In this document: positions 15,305 to 28,659 of the stretch, in pieces
Numbering within the stretch: position 1 is the first letter of the stretch
Layout: each line of letters begins with the position of its first letter
Notes under the pieces: generated by a model
The model's input: only the letters and a program-made list of their open reading frames with translations
Told to the model about the DNA's origin: nothing
The model's database searches: none
Translations under genes and position numbers: made by a program
Assembly (NCBI GenBank): GCA_964016885.1
Contig: OZ024743.1
Span: 63,116,001-63,180,000 of the forward strand
Direction: 5' to 3'
Source: Eledone cirrhosa
Lineage: Eukaryota
Length of the DNA stretch: 64,000 nucleotides

Positions 15305-18300
15305 CTAGCAGTGGTACCCAGCGTTGCACGGAATAAGGTATTTTGGAACGCGGGCCGCCAACAGACCTAATCGTGGAAAAACTGCATGCGTGGACAATGT
15401 GTAAAGAAAATAAACTGAATACTCTGATGGCTGGATAATCTTTAAGATTTTCCTCGATGAAGCAGGAAAAATGCAGGCTTTCACCTAATGCGGGCCCTAG
15501 GGGATCAAGAAAATGATTTTTTTAAATGTGCATAATATGCCTTGAAATTTCGGGAAAATCAGCTAGACGTAACGCCTAAAAAAAGGTGAAAAAATGAAGT
15601 TTTTCACCTAATGCGGGCCCTAGGCCATAAAAAAGTTGGATTTTCTTTGCTCACGGTATGAAGACGAGACTGACTAATACATAGTTACAATTTAAAGGAA
15701 ATCAGTCTGACTTAACGACTCTAAAAACCTAAAAAAAACGCAGTTTTTAAACTAATGCGGGCCCCAACAAAAAGTTGAATTTTTTTATGTGCATAACACT
15801 CCCTGAAACATGTAAAGTTTGAAAACAGTCGGTTGGGTACTTCTCGAGTTTAGGGATTCAAACTCAGAGACACACACACACACACAGACAGACATCCTCA
15901 GGGAAGTGACGTAATGCAGACAGATATTATTTCCTCTACCATTGTTCGTGAACAACACCACCAAAAACCGAAGGTCGTGTCTTCCTCTACCATTGTTCCT
16001 GAACAACAGCAAAAACCAACGACCGTAGCTTCTGCTACTACCCCTGTTGAAGGACTTCACCAACAACAGCAACCCATGTCTTCCTCCCCCGTTACTTTTC
16101 AACAATAACAACCGACGACTGTGTCTTCTCCTACCATGCCTGTTGAAGGAGAAGAACAACAACAAAAATCGACCGTCAATACGGAGTTTGAGGAAATACG
16201 GCAAATGATTTCCACTTTAAGCCGAGAAATAGCGGGAATAAAATCAAGCGCTCGTGTAAAACCCCACAATGAGGGATCTTACTGGAGTGCCTTGTTAAAA
16301 AATCTCTGTGTACCGCAAGTTGAACCTAGACGCATTGAGAATGCCACTGAATCTGCAAACCATGAAGTGATTGCCATTGGTGTACCAGAAGACATATTTG
16401 ATCTTCAGGCATTTGCTGCCAGTTCATCCGAAGACTTGGGCTGTGCTCCCGCAAAGAGTGCTCTACGCCTTGGGCGACCAGGCCCGAAACCCAGGCTAAT
16501 TAGACTATCGTTTTCGAACTCAACTGAGGCACGTTCATACCTTGTAGCCTCTGATAAAGCTAGGCGTTAAAGTCGGATTGCTTTCCGAACACGCCCTAGT
16601 CTTCCACCTGATGTCCGCCAAATTACCATCAGGACACTCAACTTTGTGATAACCTCAGAGCTGCTGCCAGGAAAACAGCCACTTATGTTTTCATTGCAGG
16701 AGACTTCAATCACCCCGAGATTGACTGGAAAACCTTTCGTTGGCCGCCAAGTGCAAATGACTTCCTTGAGCTAGTGCTGGACTCAAATTGGTCCCAAGTA
16801 GTCACCTCCCCAACAAGAGGTGACAACACTTTGGACCTACTCTTCACCACTACTCCTGAAACGGTCATTAGTGTTACTGCTGAGGAACCTTTAGGTGACT
16901 CTGATCATGCTATGATCATTGCAACTATATCCCTCATGTGCAGTAACAAGAACCACAACCATCTCCAAACTTCTCACTTTGACTGGAATAAAGCAGACTG
17001 GAACTGTTACTGCACCGAGTTGTAACGGCCAAACTGGCTTGAGTTCTACAACTCTGCAGATGTCAACACTGTACTCCAGAACATATTGAGCTCAATATGG
17101 ACAGCATGTGCAGCATCGGTGCCACGTAAGCGGAAAAACATCCCAAAAGTGCAATTTGGGAGACTGCAGCAGTCCGTCTTGGCAGAAAAGAACGGCGCAA
17201 TGCTGAACGTGAGTACAAACTTCACAAATCAGACATTAATAGGAAGAGGTGAAATAGATCGTCCAACCACCTCAAACAGGTGACAAAAAAGGCAGTGCTT
17301 CAATTTGAGCAGCGCATAGCAACCAGCCCTGACAGTAAGGTGTTCTGGAAGTATGTTCACTCAAAGCAGAGGCCTCACTCTCCAGTTGGTCCTCTTCACA
17401 ATCCCCACACAAGCCAGGTTACTGACGACCTCAAGGAATGCGCAGAGCTCATTGCTGAATGCTATGCAGGCATTTTCACTATTGAAGACCAGAGTGTACC
17501 ATCTCCACCACCTATGACACCGGACTCTATTACAACCATGGAATTTACACCTGCAATGCTGCGACGTCACCTAAAAAATAAACGCAACCATGCCTCTCCT
17601 GGTCTTGATGGTGTTACGTACCTGCTTCTTAAATGTGGTGGGTACTTCCTTCTGCACCAGTTATCACGCTTCTTTCAATTCTGTCTGAACAACAGTGCTA
17701 CTCCAGAACAGTGGAAAACTGCCAGTGTCATTCCCCTGTTCAAAAAGGGTGACCGCACATCACCTGTGAACTATCGTCCAGTCAGTCTTACTAGTTGCAT
17801 TGCCAAACTGATGGAATCCTGTGTCAGAGAAACACTTTGGAACTTCTGGAACTCTCACAGTCTTACCCGGCCCTCGCAATTTGGATTTATCCCTAACTCC
17901 AGCTGCTGTGATCAACTTATCAAGTTTCTTGAAGACATCACTCGGATCACTGATGGCGGCTCATGGGTGAATGTTGTTTACCTTGACTTTGCAAAAGCTT
18001 TCAATTCTGTGCCACACAAAAGGCTTATGGCAAAACTCTCTGCAATGGGTGGGAAGGAAGATCTTTTTAACTGGTTGAAGTCCTTCATTCTTAGTCGAAG
18101 AGAGGCAGTCACGGTTCTGGGACAGCATTCCTCACCATATGAGATGTCATCTGGTGTACCACAGGGATCTGTTCTTGGCCCCTTTTTGTTTGTGGCATAT
18201 ATTAATGACATAAATGCCAACTTAAAGAATGCCACAGTACTAAAGTATGCAGATGACATCAAGCTGTACCTTGAGATAAAAAGGACAGATCCTGACACTA

Positions 18301-19371
18301 TAGATCTTGCTTGCAGTCTGACCTGGACACAATGCAACAATGGATCTCAGACTGGCAACTCAAGCTTGCTGTGGACAAGTGCATCACCATGCATTTTGGG
18401 AGTAAAAACCCAGCGTCCACATACTCCCTCCACAGCACTAATATCAAGAAGTCTTCTTGTGAACATGACCTGGGCATTACGGTCAGCAGCGATTTGCGTT
18501 GGACGAAGCACATCTCTAAAATTGTCAAGAGGGCTGAGGGTGTCTTAGCATCACTCAGCAAGACCTTTGTCAGCCACTCTCCAGCTATCTATTTAAGGCT
18601 GTACATGGCTATGGTGCGGCCACACTTAGAATTTGCATCACCAGTCTGGAACCCCTATCTTGCTCAGAACATTGACCGCCTTGAAACTGTTCAGGGACGT
18701 GCAACCAAGCGAAAACCCTCCATCAGGCATCTACCATACTCTGAGCGCCTTGCTTCCCTGGGCATGGATACATTGAAGCTCAGACGCCTGGCAACTGACT
18801 TGGTAAACACCCACAAAATTGTTAACCATCTTGCCAACAACAACCCTGAGTACCTTTTTGATTTCCATGTGTCTAACACACGTGGGCATGCCCACAAAGT
18901 CAGAAAACAGTCCAGTTCCCATGACTTTCGGAAACATTTTTTCACGCTCAGAGTTGCTGAAGTATGGAACAAACTCCCTGCATCAGTTGTTAGCTGTTGA
19001 GACACTGCATCCTTTAAGGCCTCCATGCTTCCCGAGATTCGCCAAGACTACACCTAATGTTCCCCCTCCATGCACATACACACATGTATATCATGACTCA
19101 TACACTATTCATTTCCCTGACATTTGTATATTATTCTATGTACTATACATGCACCTTTGACGAGTTGTAGTGCACCTGAGCACTTTACACAATAATTTCA
19201 TTATTATTATTATAAGGGTGCGACGTTATATGTATGTATCTATCTAAAAAGAGAAAGACTAAGAATTATAGAGAGAGATCGCTAAATCGCCTAATGTGGT
19301 CCCTAGGGCATTGAACATTTTTAGGGATTCAAACTCACACAGACAGACATCCTCAGTTTTATATATATAGA
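15305..19371 (-). mobile_element. Non-autonomous Helitron-like element enclosing a LINE
   Basis: Minus strand begins TCTATATATATAAAA (19371) and ends CCGTGCAACGCTGGG..CTAG (15305); lies between host A and T with no TSD; flanks rejoin into the dispersed MITE sequence. Confidence 0.75.
15914..19212 (+). mobile_element. CR1/L2-type LINE, degenerate (ORF1 remnant, partial APE, RT)
   Basis: ORF1-like LRLGRPGPKPRLIRLSF; IAGDFNHPEIDW, PTRGDNTLDL, LGDSDH; NYRPVSLTS, YLDFAKAF, SGVPQGSVLGP, YADD, VRPHLEFASPVWNP, TRGH; (TTA)n tail. Confidence 0.92.
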
Positions 19372-19587
19372 TTATGATGAACGGTTTTCTATCACAATTT
19401 TATGTAAGAATCTTTGTTAAGTTCCAAACACTAGCTAAATAAGAACGTTATATTACTAAATCCTTCCAAATTTTTCATTGTTTTCCAAATTATTTAAAAA
19501 TCATAGGCATGATCTTTCATTGGAAATATGGTAGCAAAAGGTTAATATCTGTGTATTTAGATATTATCCTTAAAGAGCTTAATTTAC

Positions 19588-19699
19588 CTTTTGGAGGTAC
19601 AGTATACGTAGGTTGAGGTAAAGTCTTTTTCTCTAAATAACCAGAATCGTCAGAAGCATCTAGCCAGCGTGGATCCCTTTGTGGCATGAAGGATTGGTC
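19588..19699 (-). CDS. scrib: Scribble-like linker exon
   Basis: caacag / gtaaat; 112 nt, phase 0->1; DQSFMPQRDPRWLDASDDSGYLEKKTLPQPTYTVPPK; assigned by splice phase, not homology. Confidence 0.72.
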
Positions 19700-19734
19700 C
19701 TGTTGCAAAAGAAAATCACATATCTCTTTATGTT

Positions 19735-19767
<33 letters not shown>

Positions 19768-21871
19768 AAGAGAATATGTGTGTGTATCTTTTAGATATGT
19801 TAACATTCTGTAATGATTTAGTAGAACATTTCTGAAAACAGGCTTGTTAATTTAAATGTTTATAGATGTTAATGTGATGCAGTCATGGTGCTATTTTGTA
19901 CTTGTTACAAATGTCTTGCTAATGTGGTTTCATGTGGTACAGCAAATTAAGCGTTAATGAAGTTCCCTGGTGTCAACATACCATTGTTGAGAATATATGA
20001 ACAAATATAAAACTGATATCTAAGAGCTCAACTCACAATCACACTCCATTTCCTTTCTAGAGTAAACTGTTGTATTGCTTTGTCAATCTTATCTTATTCT
20101 TAATTTCACTCCTTTATTTTTTATTTGCACAATACTGGCTTCCCCAAACAATCCTAATCCCTTAGTTCACAGGAAAATGGTTCCCTTCAGTCATAACTGG
20201 CCATGAATTCTGCATCCATGACTGACGCACCATGATTTGCTTTTCTCAGGCACAAGACTGGGCAGGGTGTTTTGCAGAATGTCGGTAGTCACCCATGCAG
20301 GAAAGTCTTCCCTCTTCATGACACTTATGTTATTCAAGGCAAAGGCTGATACAACTTGGCAGCAGTGTTGTTGCAACTAAAGTTTTTCCAGCTTAGTGGA
20401 CTGCAGCAACATGAAATAAAGTGTCTTGTTCAAGGATACAGTGTGTCTACCAATCCTGAAATCAAACTCACAAGCTTTACAATCATGAGTTCAGCACCCT
20501 AACCACTCAGCCATTGCCTTCATAAATTTTGTATTGGAAATGTATAATTAACAATTCAATCCAAACTGCTCAATAAAACTGTAAATAACTTTTTGTTGAT
20601 TCACTAATGTGTTTCAATGCTCATTCATTCAGCCTTCATATTCACTAACTTTAAGCCTTTCATTACCATATTTCTGTTGATCCCACCAAGCCATACTACA
20701 TATTACACAATACTTCATATAAACTATACTACTTTATTATAGCTATGTGTTTAGATAAAATGAAGTAGTCTGCCAGTGTTATAAGAAAGAGATTGACATA
20801 TATCAGGCAGATCAATAAAATAAACCAAAGAAGTATTATAAAATGGTAATTAAGTTGGACATATTGAGAATTTATTTCAGATTTCAGCATACATAAAGCT
20901 TTACAATAAACCGTAATATTACACAGTGTATGTTTGTATATCTATATATATCTCCATCTGTAACTCTTAAAATTTTATACACACATCTATCTCAGCCATG
21001 TTGCTTCACTAAGATGTTTCCAATCACAAGGTCCTGGGTTCTAACACTAAATATGTTCCTATAAATAGTTATTTCTCCAAAGTTACTTATATATTTAATC
21101 CTCTATGTCACTTGTACATAAATGCTGAATGTTTGTCTAATTATACCTGTGAAATAAATTATTAAAATATCATTTTTATCTTTAATCACTTCCACATGTC
21201 AGTAATCAACATATAGGGTTTCTCTTATACAAACAATTAATTTATCAAAACACAAATTTCTAAGTTTGCATGATTATATATCTGATATCCAGGATTCCAG
21301 AAATAAAATAGGTTCAATAGTATTTCTGTCATTGATGGCATGTGTTCATATAACATGTCAGCTGGTCTACTTGAGTGTAAAGAATTCAGATTTAAGTATT
21401 TCAAATAATAGATATAACAGTATTGGTTTTCTGAGGAATGATTGGGATGTTGCAGAAGCCAAACAGTACAATCTCTATTAAAAGTATATTATAAGAAAAA
21501 ATTAATATTCTTATTAATACTACTACAGTACATTCTGTAAAACTGCTGCTGATAGGAGACAATATAAGGAGAAAGGACTCTTCTGTCTTGCTGAGTTGCC
21601 ATGATAAAATTCACTCACTCCACTCGGAAAAATGGGTGGCGTTAGGAAGAGTAGCCAGCTATAGAAGCTATGCCAAAAACGTAACATATGAGTGAAATGT
21701 ATGAATGTACTGGGTGCATTTTATCATGGTATTAGGTACTAGCACTTTATTGAGTACACTGGGTACATTGTTTTTAATTTTGACGATTTCTGTATTTGGA
21801 AGGTGACATTTCCAGTTTCCCCTCACCCCGCAAAAATATCAGGAATATAAGACTATTAAGAGCTATGTTAC

Positions 21872-21985
21872 CTTTTTGTCTTTTTCATGTGGTATAACAT
21901 GACCATCAATTTCTTTTTTCAGCAGCTTAGCATGTCTATTCTTCAGTTCACGGGGATGGGGTGTGCCATGTCGTCTTAGGTGACC
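21872..21985 (-). CDS. scrib: Scribble-like exon with TPHPxELK motif
   Basis: ctacag / gtaac; 114 nt; GHLRRHGTPHPRELKNRHAKLLKKEIDGHVIPHEKDKK. The L-x-R-x-x-TPHP-x-ELK motif follows the LRR region in LAP proteins. Confidence 0.88.
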
Positions 21986-22899
21986 CTGTAGAGATAGACA
22001 AAGAAAAGTCAGTGTAGAGTGCTAAGCAGAATGAAGAACATTAAATTAAAACAACAACAAAAAATTGGTTCATCAACCACAAGAGAATAGCTTTGTTCAC
22101 AGCTAAAATAACAAAGTCTCTTGGGAAACATTTTGAAGATAAAGCAGTTGACAATTTGTTTTAAAAAGCTGAGCACACCATCTGTGATAAGATATCATCA
22201 TCACCATTTAATGTTAATTTTCCCATGCTTGCATGGGTTAGACGGGTCGGCCACATCATGAGTTGGCTGTGCCGCACCTTGCTCAGATGGAACTGTAATT
22301 TAGCTGGGATTTTTACAGCTGGATGACCTTTCAAACACCAACGATGTTTACAGTGTGGAACTGAATAGCACCATTATGAGGAGGGTCAAGCCAGTTGACC
22401 TCATCATACCCTGTTCACATCGGGACCAGGTTTTGGGCAGTTGGTTGCACCAAGCCTTACTCATAGGGGAGCCCTGGGTGCCACCATTTTGAGGATGATT
22501 TGGCCAGTTGGCTGCGCTGTACCTTACTCATGTCGCAAACCATAATTTGTGAGCCAGGTGGTCCCACTATGCGGGAGGTCAGGCCAGTAGGCCACACCAA
22601 GCCTTACACATATGTTAAATTGTAAGCAGCTGATATGTGCTATAAACTCATATGTGCACAAACAGTACAGGCTCTAACCATAGCTATGAGAACTAGGTAT
22701 GTAAACACACATTTATATATTTAAACATATATACATGTCTTATTTACATATTTCACCATACATTGAAAAAGATGTTTAACGAAATATATTGATGTGCGTG
22801 TCTGAATTTTATTAAACCACCATAAACCTGGCATATTCATGACTGCTGTTTCACTGCATATGACTATCATTTAGTTTTTTTGCTTAGGAAACTAATCTA

Positions 22900-23540
22900 T
22901 GTAGTTCTTCAGGTGAATGCTATATTTGAAAACCAAATGGTATTCACCTGTAATTCTTGCACTTAACTCAGCCTCTTACCTTCCATCACTCATGAACATG
23001 GCCCTAGGATACTTGAACTTCTCTACCTGCTTCAGTGGAACTCAATTTACATGTAGAGTCAGCCAGAGAACACATTCTCTATTTAAGGCTTTTCACATCT
23101 CAGTCCAGATTTCATCTTCCCAAGCAGCCTTGCCACATTTGAGCTCTTTAACTGCTCTTGTGCCCTCAGCCTCTGAGAGATTAGTCATTTCATCCAGATG
23201 TACTTCCTGTACATCAAAAGATGCTGTTGTGATCGGGTTTAATAGACCAGCAAAGTATTCGCTCCACTTTGCGAGGATGCACTTCTCTGAAGAGAGGAGA
23301 ACCCCAGATGCGTTCTTGATAGCAGGTGTGGAGGAGGGATTCTTATTATGAAGTTGGCAGAAGGGAGAAATTGGAAGGAATAGCAACCCTGATCTAAATA
23401 CGAATGGAAAGGCCATACTAAACTTCTGTTCTAGCAATGGGCTCTCTATTATGAACACCTTCTTCCAGCCTATTCATAAATATACATGGTATAAAGAGAA
23501 TCACAGAGAGAGATTAATAATTGATTTTGTTGTTGTCTTA
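22900..23540 (-). mobile_element. Degenerate RTE fragment with inverted endonuclease piece
   Basis: Minus strand: ILAKWSEYFAGLLN..GKAAWEDEI; plus strand 23365-23540: NGKAILNFCSSNGLSIMNTFFQ..KYTWY. Confidence 0.7.
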
Positions 23541-24114
23541 ATCTCTTTCACTGTCTCTTTCTCTAAATATATGAAAAAAAGTCAATGGAAACAACAAAGT
23601 ATGATGAAGAACTATATTAGTTTAACACTTAATGTAGTAGGAAAGGAGCCTGTACATTTCAGACATTAGTCCTTCCTCTGAAGATAGAATGAGAAATAAA
23701 AGATGAAACAGAAAGATAGAGAGTGAGAAGAAGGAATGGAAAAAGAAAATGAGAAAATGTATGTGTGTATTCAATCAGCCAATATATTGTGTCTCAATGT
23801 GCACTGGAATGAACAATCTCAATGCATCAAAACTATAGTGATTCCTGAGGTTGACTAAGAAGATGGAATTGTCTATTTTCACCTTGTTTTGAAAACACAA
23901 ACATATGTGTGTATGTATTTATACATGTATGCATATATACATACATACACAGACTATATATATATATATATATATACATACATACTTACATACATACACA
24001 GACTATATATATATATATATATATACATATACATACATACTTACATACATACACAGACTATATATATATATATATACATACTTACATACACACACATATT
24101 TTCTGATGTGTGTG

Positions 24115-24162
<48 letters not shown>

Positions 24163-24499
24163 TCAGAAAATTCCTGCAGAATCAAGGAGTGACAGTTAAT
24201 GCATTCATGAACAATATTTGTTCACAGAATGATTGCTTAATCTTGGTTTCTGTACTTTAAAGCATAAAAGAAAATAAATATCATCCTGGATAAGAAATAT
24301 ATTGCAGATAATTTTCTCAGAAGGTTTAGCCATTATTATTTATAATTATTTAGTTAAACAACAGAAACAAATAAACATAAGTGCCTTGCCAAATGACTAA
24401 CTAAAATACCTTCACTTCTTCCACTTGCCTTTGTTATCTATATTGTCAACTACTTTCTTGCTCAACATACAACTAGTGAAGGCACAGTTTAGTGATTAA

Positions 24500-24932
24500 C
24501 CCTTTAGCATTTACATTATTCTATATTTACTATTGTATTTTTACAGTAAAGGCTTTATCTTACATAATTATCTCACGTAATATCAGATCTACAAGATTTT
24601 GATGTTATTTATTTTGAGAACAATACCATAACCCTTTAGCATTTAAACCAACCATATCCGGCCAGAATTTTCTCACCTCTTTCTGTTCAAACCAGCTGTA
24701 ACTGGCCACTCATACCGATGTTAAGGTATTGTTCTCAAAATAAATGATATCAAAATCTTATAGATTCAATATTATGTGAGATAAAGCCTTTACCATGAAA
24801 ATATAATAGTATATATAGAGTAATGAAAATGCTAAAGGGTTAATGTAGGTATGAGCGGCAGGTTACAGCCGGTTTAAACAGAAAGAGGTGAGAGAGTTCT
24901 GGCCGGATACGGTTGGTTTAAATACTAAAGGT
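24500..24932. mobile_element. piggyBac-type MITE with a same-family copy nested at 24632-24839
   Basis: TTAA-CCCTTTAGCATTT ends; uninterrupted copy at about 30237-30435. Confidence 0.75.
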
Positions 24933-25230
24933 ATTGGATGTCAATGTTATTGATTTGTTATCTGAACTGGATGGTATGCTGATTTTCTTGAGCAAAACAT
25001 TTCATTTAAAGTTTGTCCCAAGCTCATAAGGCCAGAGTTTGTTAATCTTATGAGCTTGGGACAAACTTTAACTAGTTTAGAAATTTGGTTGAGGGATGTA
25101 AAATAGTTAGATGGCATATATGGGAGAAAAAAAAAAGAGTGATTAGTGTAGAGTAGATAGAGCCAACTTCGGAAATATAACTTGCTAGATATATAAAAGA
25201 ATCTAGCTAAGCAAAACAAAGGTGACTAAC

Positions 25231-25358
25231 CTCGGAAGGACTGTCTTCATCATCAGAACATTCGCTATCAGGAAAATGTACCATACTACCACGGCTACGT
25301 TCAGGCCAACTGGAGCGGCTGTCCTGATCCGTTGCAATGCTTCCGCGGAGAAGATTTT
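25231..25358 (-). CDS. scrib: Scribble-like linker exon
   Basis: tttag / gttagt; 128 nt, phase 1->0; ENLLRGSIATDQDSRSSWPERSRGSMVHFPDSECSDDEDSPSE, phase-compatible with both neighbours. Confidence 0.8.
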
Positions 25359-27589
25359 CTAAATAAAACATAACAAAAACATAAATTAAAATGGAGGAGA
25401 GGGGCTGGGATGTCATTCATGTCCTTAAGAGAGAATGAACCCAACAATTAACTCCTATTACCACATCAACTTATATCTATGGCTCATTAAATGTTAACAC
25501 ATGAGACATCCTCAGAAAATCTTTCAGAAAGAAAAGAAATTCTATGAAGATCTATTGTATGTGTGTTACGCAGTTTGTCATCAGAATATCTGAATCTATT
25601 GTTCTATTAGTAAAACACCACTGAATGCCATATTAGTTTAGGATGTGTTGGTTTAATGTGAAAGTTTCTCAAAGCATTAGCATAAAAATTAAGGATTATT
25701 GAGGATCAAATAGAGAAAAGCAGAATGGTAATATAGGATTGTTTTATGTTATGTTTTTATTGCTACAGAAGTAAGCTCCTGCTTAAGTGGGTATGTAACA
25801 TGGTTCTAATTCCTAAGTTAAGCCTTTTAATATCAGTGAGGGCATGTAGCCTAGTGGTTAAAGTGTTTGACTCACAATCAAGGTCATGGGTAAGATTCCT
25901 TAACTTGGTGGCATGGTGTGTTCTTGATAGGAGAGGGGTCCCTATCACTAAAACACCCAAGAAACCTCCAATGAGATAATGTCACAGGAGACCAACTAAA
26001 CCTGTAAATTTCTACCCTCCCCACTTTTAATATCATTCATGCACTTAATGTAACAGGGAAAGGCATTTACACCAACATTTCAGATATACTGCCTTCTTTA
26101 AGCCTTTTGAGACCAAACTGCCTGAAATAGGCCCTGGTTTTAGGATACAAAACTGTTTGTTTCAAAGTGTTTATATTTATCTAAAAGTGAATGAGAGCTA
26201 CTTTCCCCGAGCTTAATTACATAGCGACAATGACAGAATACAAGCCATTAACCTTTTGGTTTACTGTCATATACTTTATAGATTCAACCAACTATTGTTG
26301 CTTTAAATCTTCTGCTACCAAAACTGCCTCTGTTTTTACAACACAAAACTGTTTATTTTAAAGTGCTTATCATCATCATTTAACGTCTATCTTCCACGCT
26401 AGCAAGGATTAGATGGGATTGTGCCACTTGAGGCAAGATTGGTCGGGTGACCGTGTCTCACATTTATCTAAAAACCTTCCATAATTTTATGTAAGCGTCT
26501 TTGTTATGTGCCAAACACCATCTGAAAAATTGTTGATTATTTTCAATATAATTGGAAATCATAGGCAGTGTCTTTTATTAGAAATATGGGAACACAGGGG
26601 TTAAATTATAAAGCCTTTGTGCTTGGCTGGTAAAAAGAAACCAATGTTTTTTTTTTTACTGATGCTGTTCACCTCCAATTTAACAAGTTGACATCATGAA
26701 GCCATGGAACAGCAAACATTTAAAAACCATTTTCCCTACTAGTGCAGGGTTTAGCTTGAGGGCCCAATGACAAGCTTCTCAATTTTACCATTTCATCTGA
26801 TTGTGTTGATTTAAGAAAAATATTTTAAGATAATGGTAAATTTTCAAAGTTACTATCATTAGAACAACTAAATATTACAATAAAGTTTACATTTAAAATA
26901 GAAATTTTTCTCCCTTAGCTCTTAACATCCTGTAATGATTCAGCAGAAAATATCTAAACATATTTGTTAATTCAAATGTTTATATTATCTTTATTAGCAG
27001 ACAATTTATCCTGAACATTTGCAGTATTAGAGTATAGACTACATGTGGTGTAGTCATAGTGCTGCTTTGTACTTTTCAAGAAAGTTTTGTTTATGCTGTT
27101 TCATATGGTAAAAACATTAACAGTTAAATAAGAATTAAATTTAGTAAACTTTAAACAAATTACTTGAGTATATAAAAATGTAATAGAAATATAAAAAAAT
27201 ATAGAAAGAGCAAGCAGGAGGAATTCTCTCAGACTGTGTGGATTAATAGCAATAATATTTTGTCAATCTATGAAAGCCTTAAAACAAATTAAGATTTTTT
27301 AAAATTATGAATATTAGTATGTTTATTTACACACTGCAAGCTTCTCAAATAATTAGATTTTAATTACTAGATTAATTAAACTAATGATAAATGCAGATTG
27401 TTTGAAAGAGATCACAAGTTAGCTACATATATAGATGGCAGTATTGAAGCATTCTTGTATGAAGTAACAAATAAAGGGATGAAGATGATTATGGTGATGG
27501 TGGTAGAAGTAGAAGTAGTAATATTAGTAGCAGTAATGATGATAATTGTTTCTAAGAGGAAGGATAAGTTAATTATATCCACCATAGTA

Positions 27590-27921
27590 CTTGGTGTTGT
27601 TTCCTTAAGCAAGACACTTTATTTCACATTGCTCCAGTTTACTCAGCTGTAGAAATGAGATGATAGGACTGGGGTCCCTATCATTTCACTGCAAAGTGGT
27701 CGTGGAGGTGCCATTGAAAAATAGCACCCAGCACTCACTGTAAATGAGGTTGGTGTTAGGAAGGGCATCCAGCTGTAGAAATCAAGCCAGAATCAGTTCC
27801 CATATGAGCAATACAAGGTCAGTCGACCGGACACTGCCCACAACAGGACAACCCGTCTAACCCATGCTAGCGTGGAAGAACGGATGTAAAACGTTGATGA
27901 TGATGACGATGATGATGATGA
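27590..27921 (+). mobile_element. 5'-truncated CORE-like SINE with RTE tail
   Basis: Colinear with 49590-49890. Confidence 0.8.
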
Positions 27922-27924
27922 AAG

Positions 27925-28437
27925 TACTTGACTTGTACTTTATTTTATTGACACTGGAAAGATGAAAGGCAAAGTGGGATTTGAACTCAGAATGTAGAAC
28001 TGGAACAAATACTGCAAAACATTTGCCTGGCACTCTAAGATTTCTGCTAATCCAAATAATTGTTTCTACTTTTGACACAAAGCCTGCAATTTGAAGGGAA
28101 AAATTAATTAAATTATCCCCAGTGTGTTACTGGTACTTTATTTTATTGACCTTGAAGAGATGAAAGGCAAAGCTAACCTTGGAAGGATTTGACTTCAGAA
28201 CATAAAGCATGTTGTCCGACGCTCAACTGATACTACCAATCCAAATAATTGTTTCTACTTTTGGCACAAGGCCAGCAATTACCCAGTGCATTACTGGTAC
28301 TTTATTTTATCGACCCCGTAAGGATAAAAGGCAAAGTTAACCGTGGCGGGATTTGAACTCAGACCATAAAGGGCCATAACTCTTTGCTGCAAAGCATGGC
28401 GTCCGACCCTCTACTGATACTGCCAATCCACCGTCCT
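27925..28437 (-). mobile_element. Cluster of three tRNA-derived SINE copies (Meta-domain-like)
   Basis: B-box GAGTTCAAATCC, TTTGCCTTT(C/T)ATCC..GTC(G/A)ATAAAATAAAGTACCAG; repeated ATCCAAATAAT junctions. Confidence 0.7.
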
Positions 28438-28659
28438 TATCCAAATAATAATAATAATATGCTATAAGTGCTATGAAACATCAAATATGTATAGTCCACA
28501 TCATCTTAAAAGTGGCAAGGATTTAACTCTTGATACGAAACATCCTTAAAGTGGTCCTGCTTCTACGATACAAAACTGTTTTTCTTTTAGGTGTGTATTT
28601 ATCTAAAAACTTTTTATCATAATTTCATGTAAGAAGCTTTGTTGTTCTTCTTCACCCAC

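Noticed and set aside
17280-19000. Host protein-coding gene on the + strand
   Set aside because: LINE reverse transcriptase with frameshifts and a (TTA)n tail
21367-21474. Possible alternative terminal exon of scrib (RLYCLASATSQSFLRK..*)
   Set aside because: Only a plausible acceptor and a short open frame; no homology or other support
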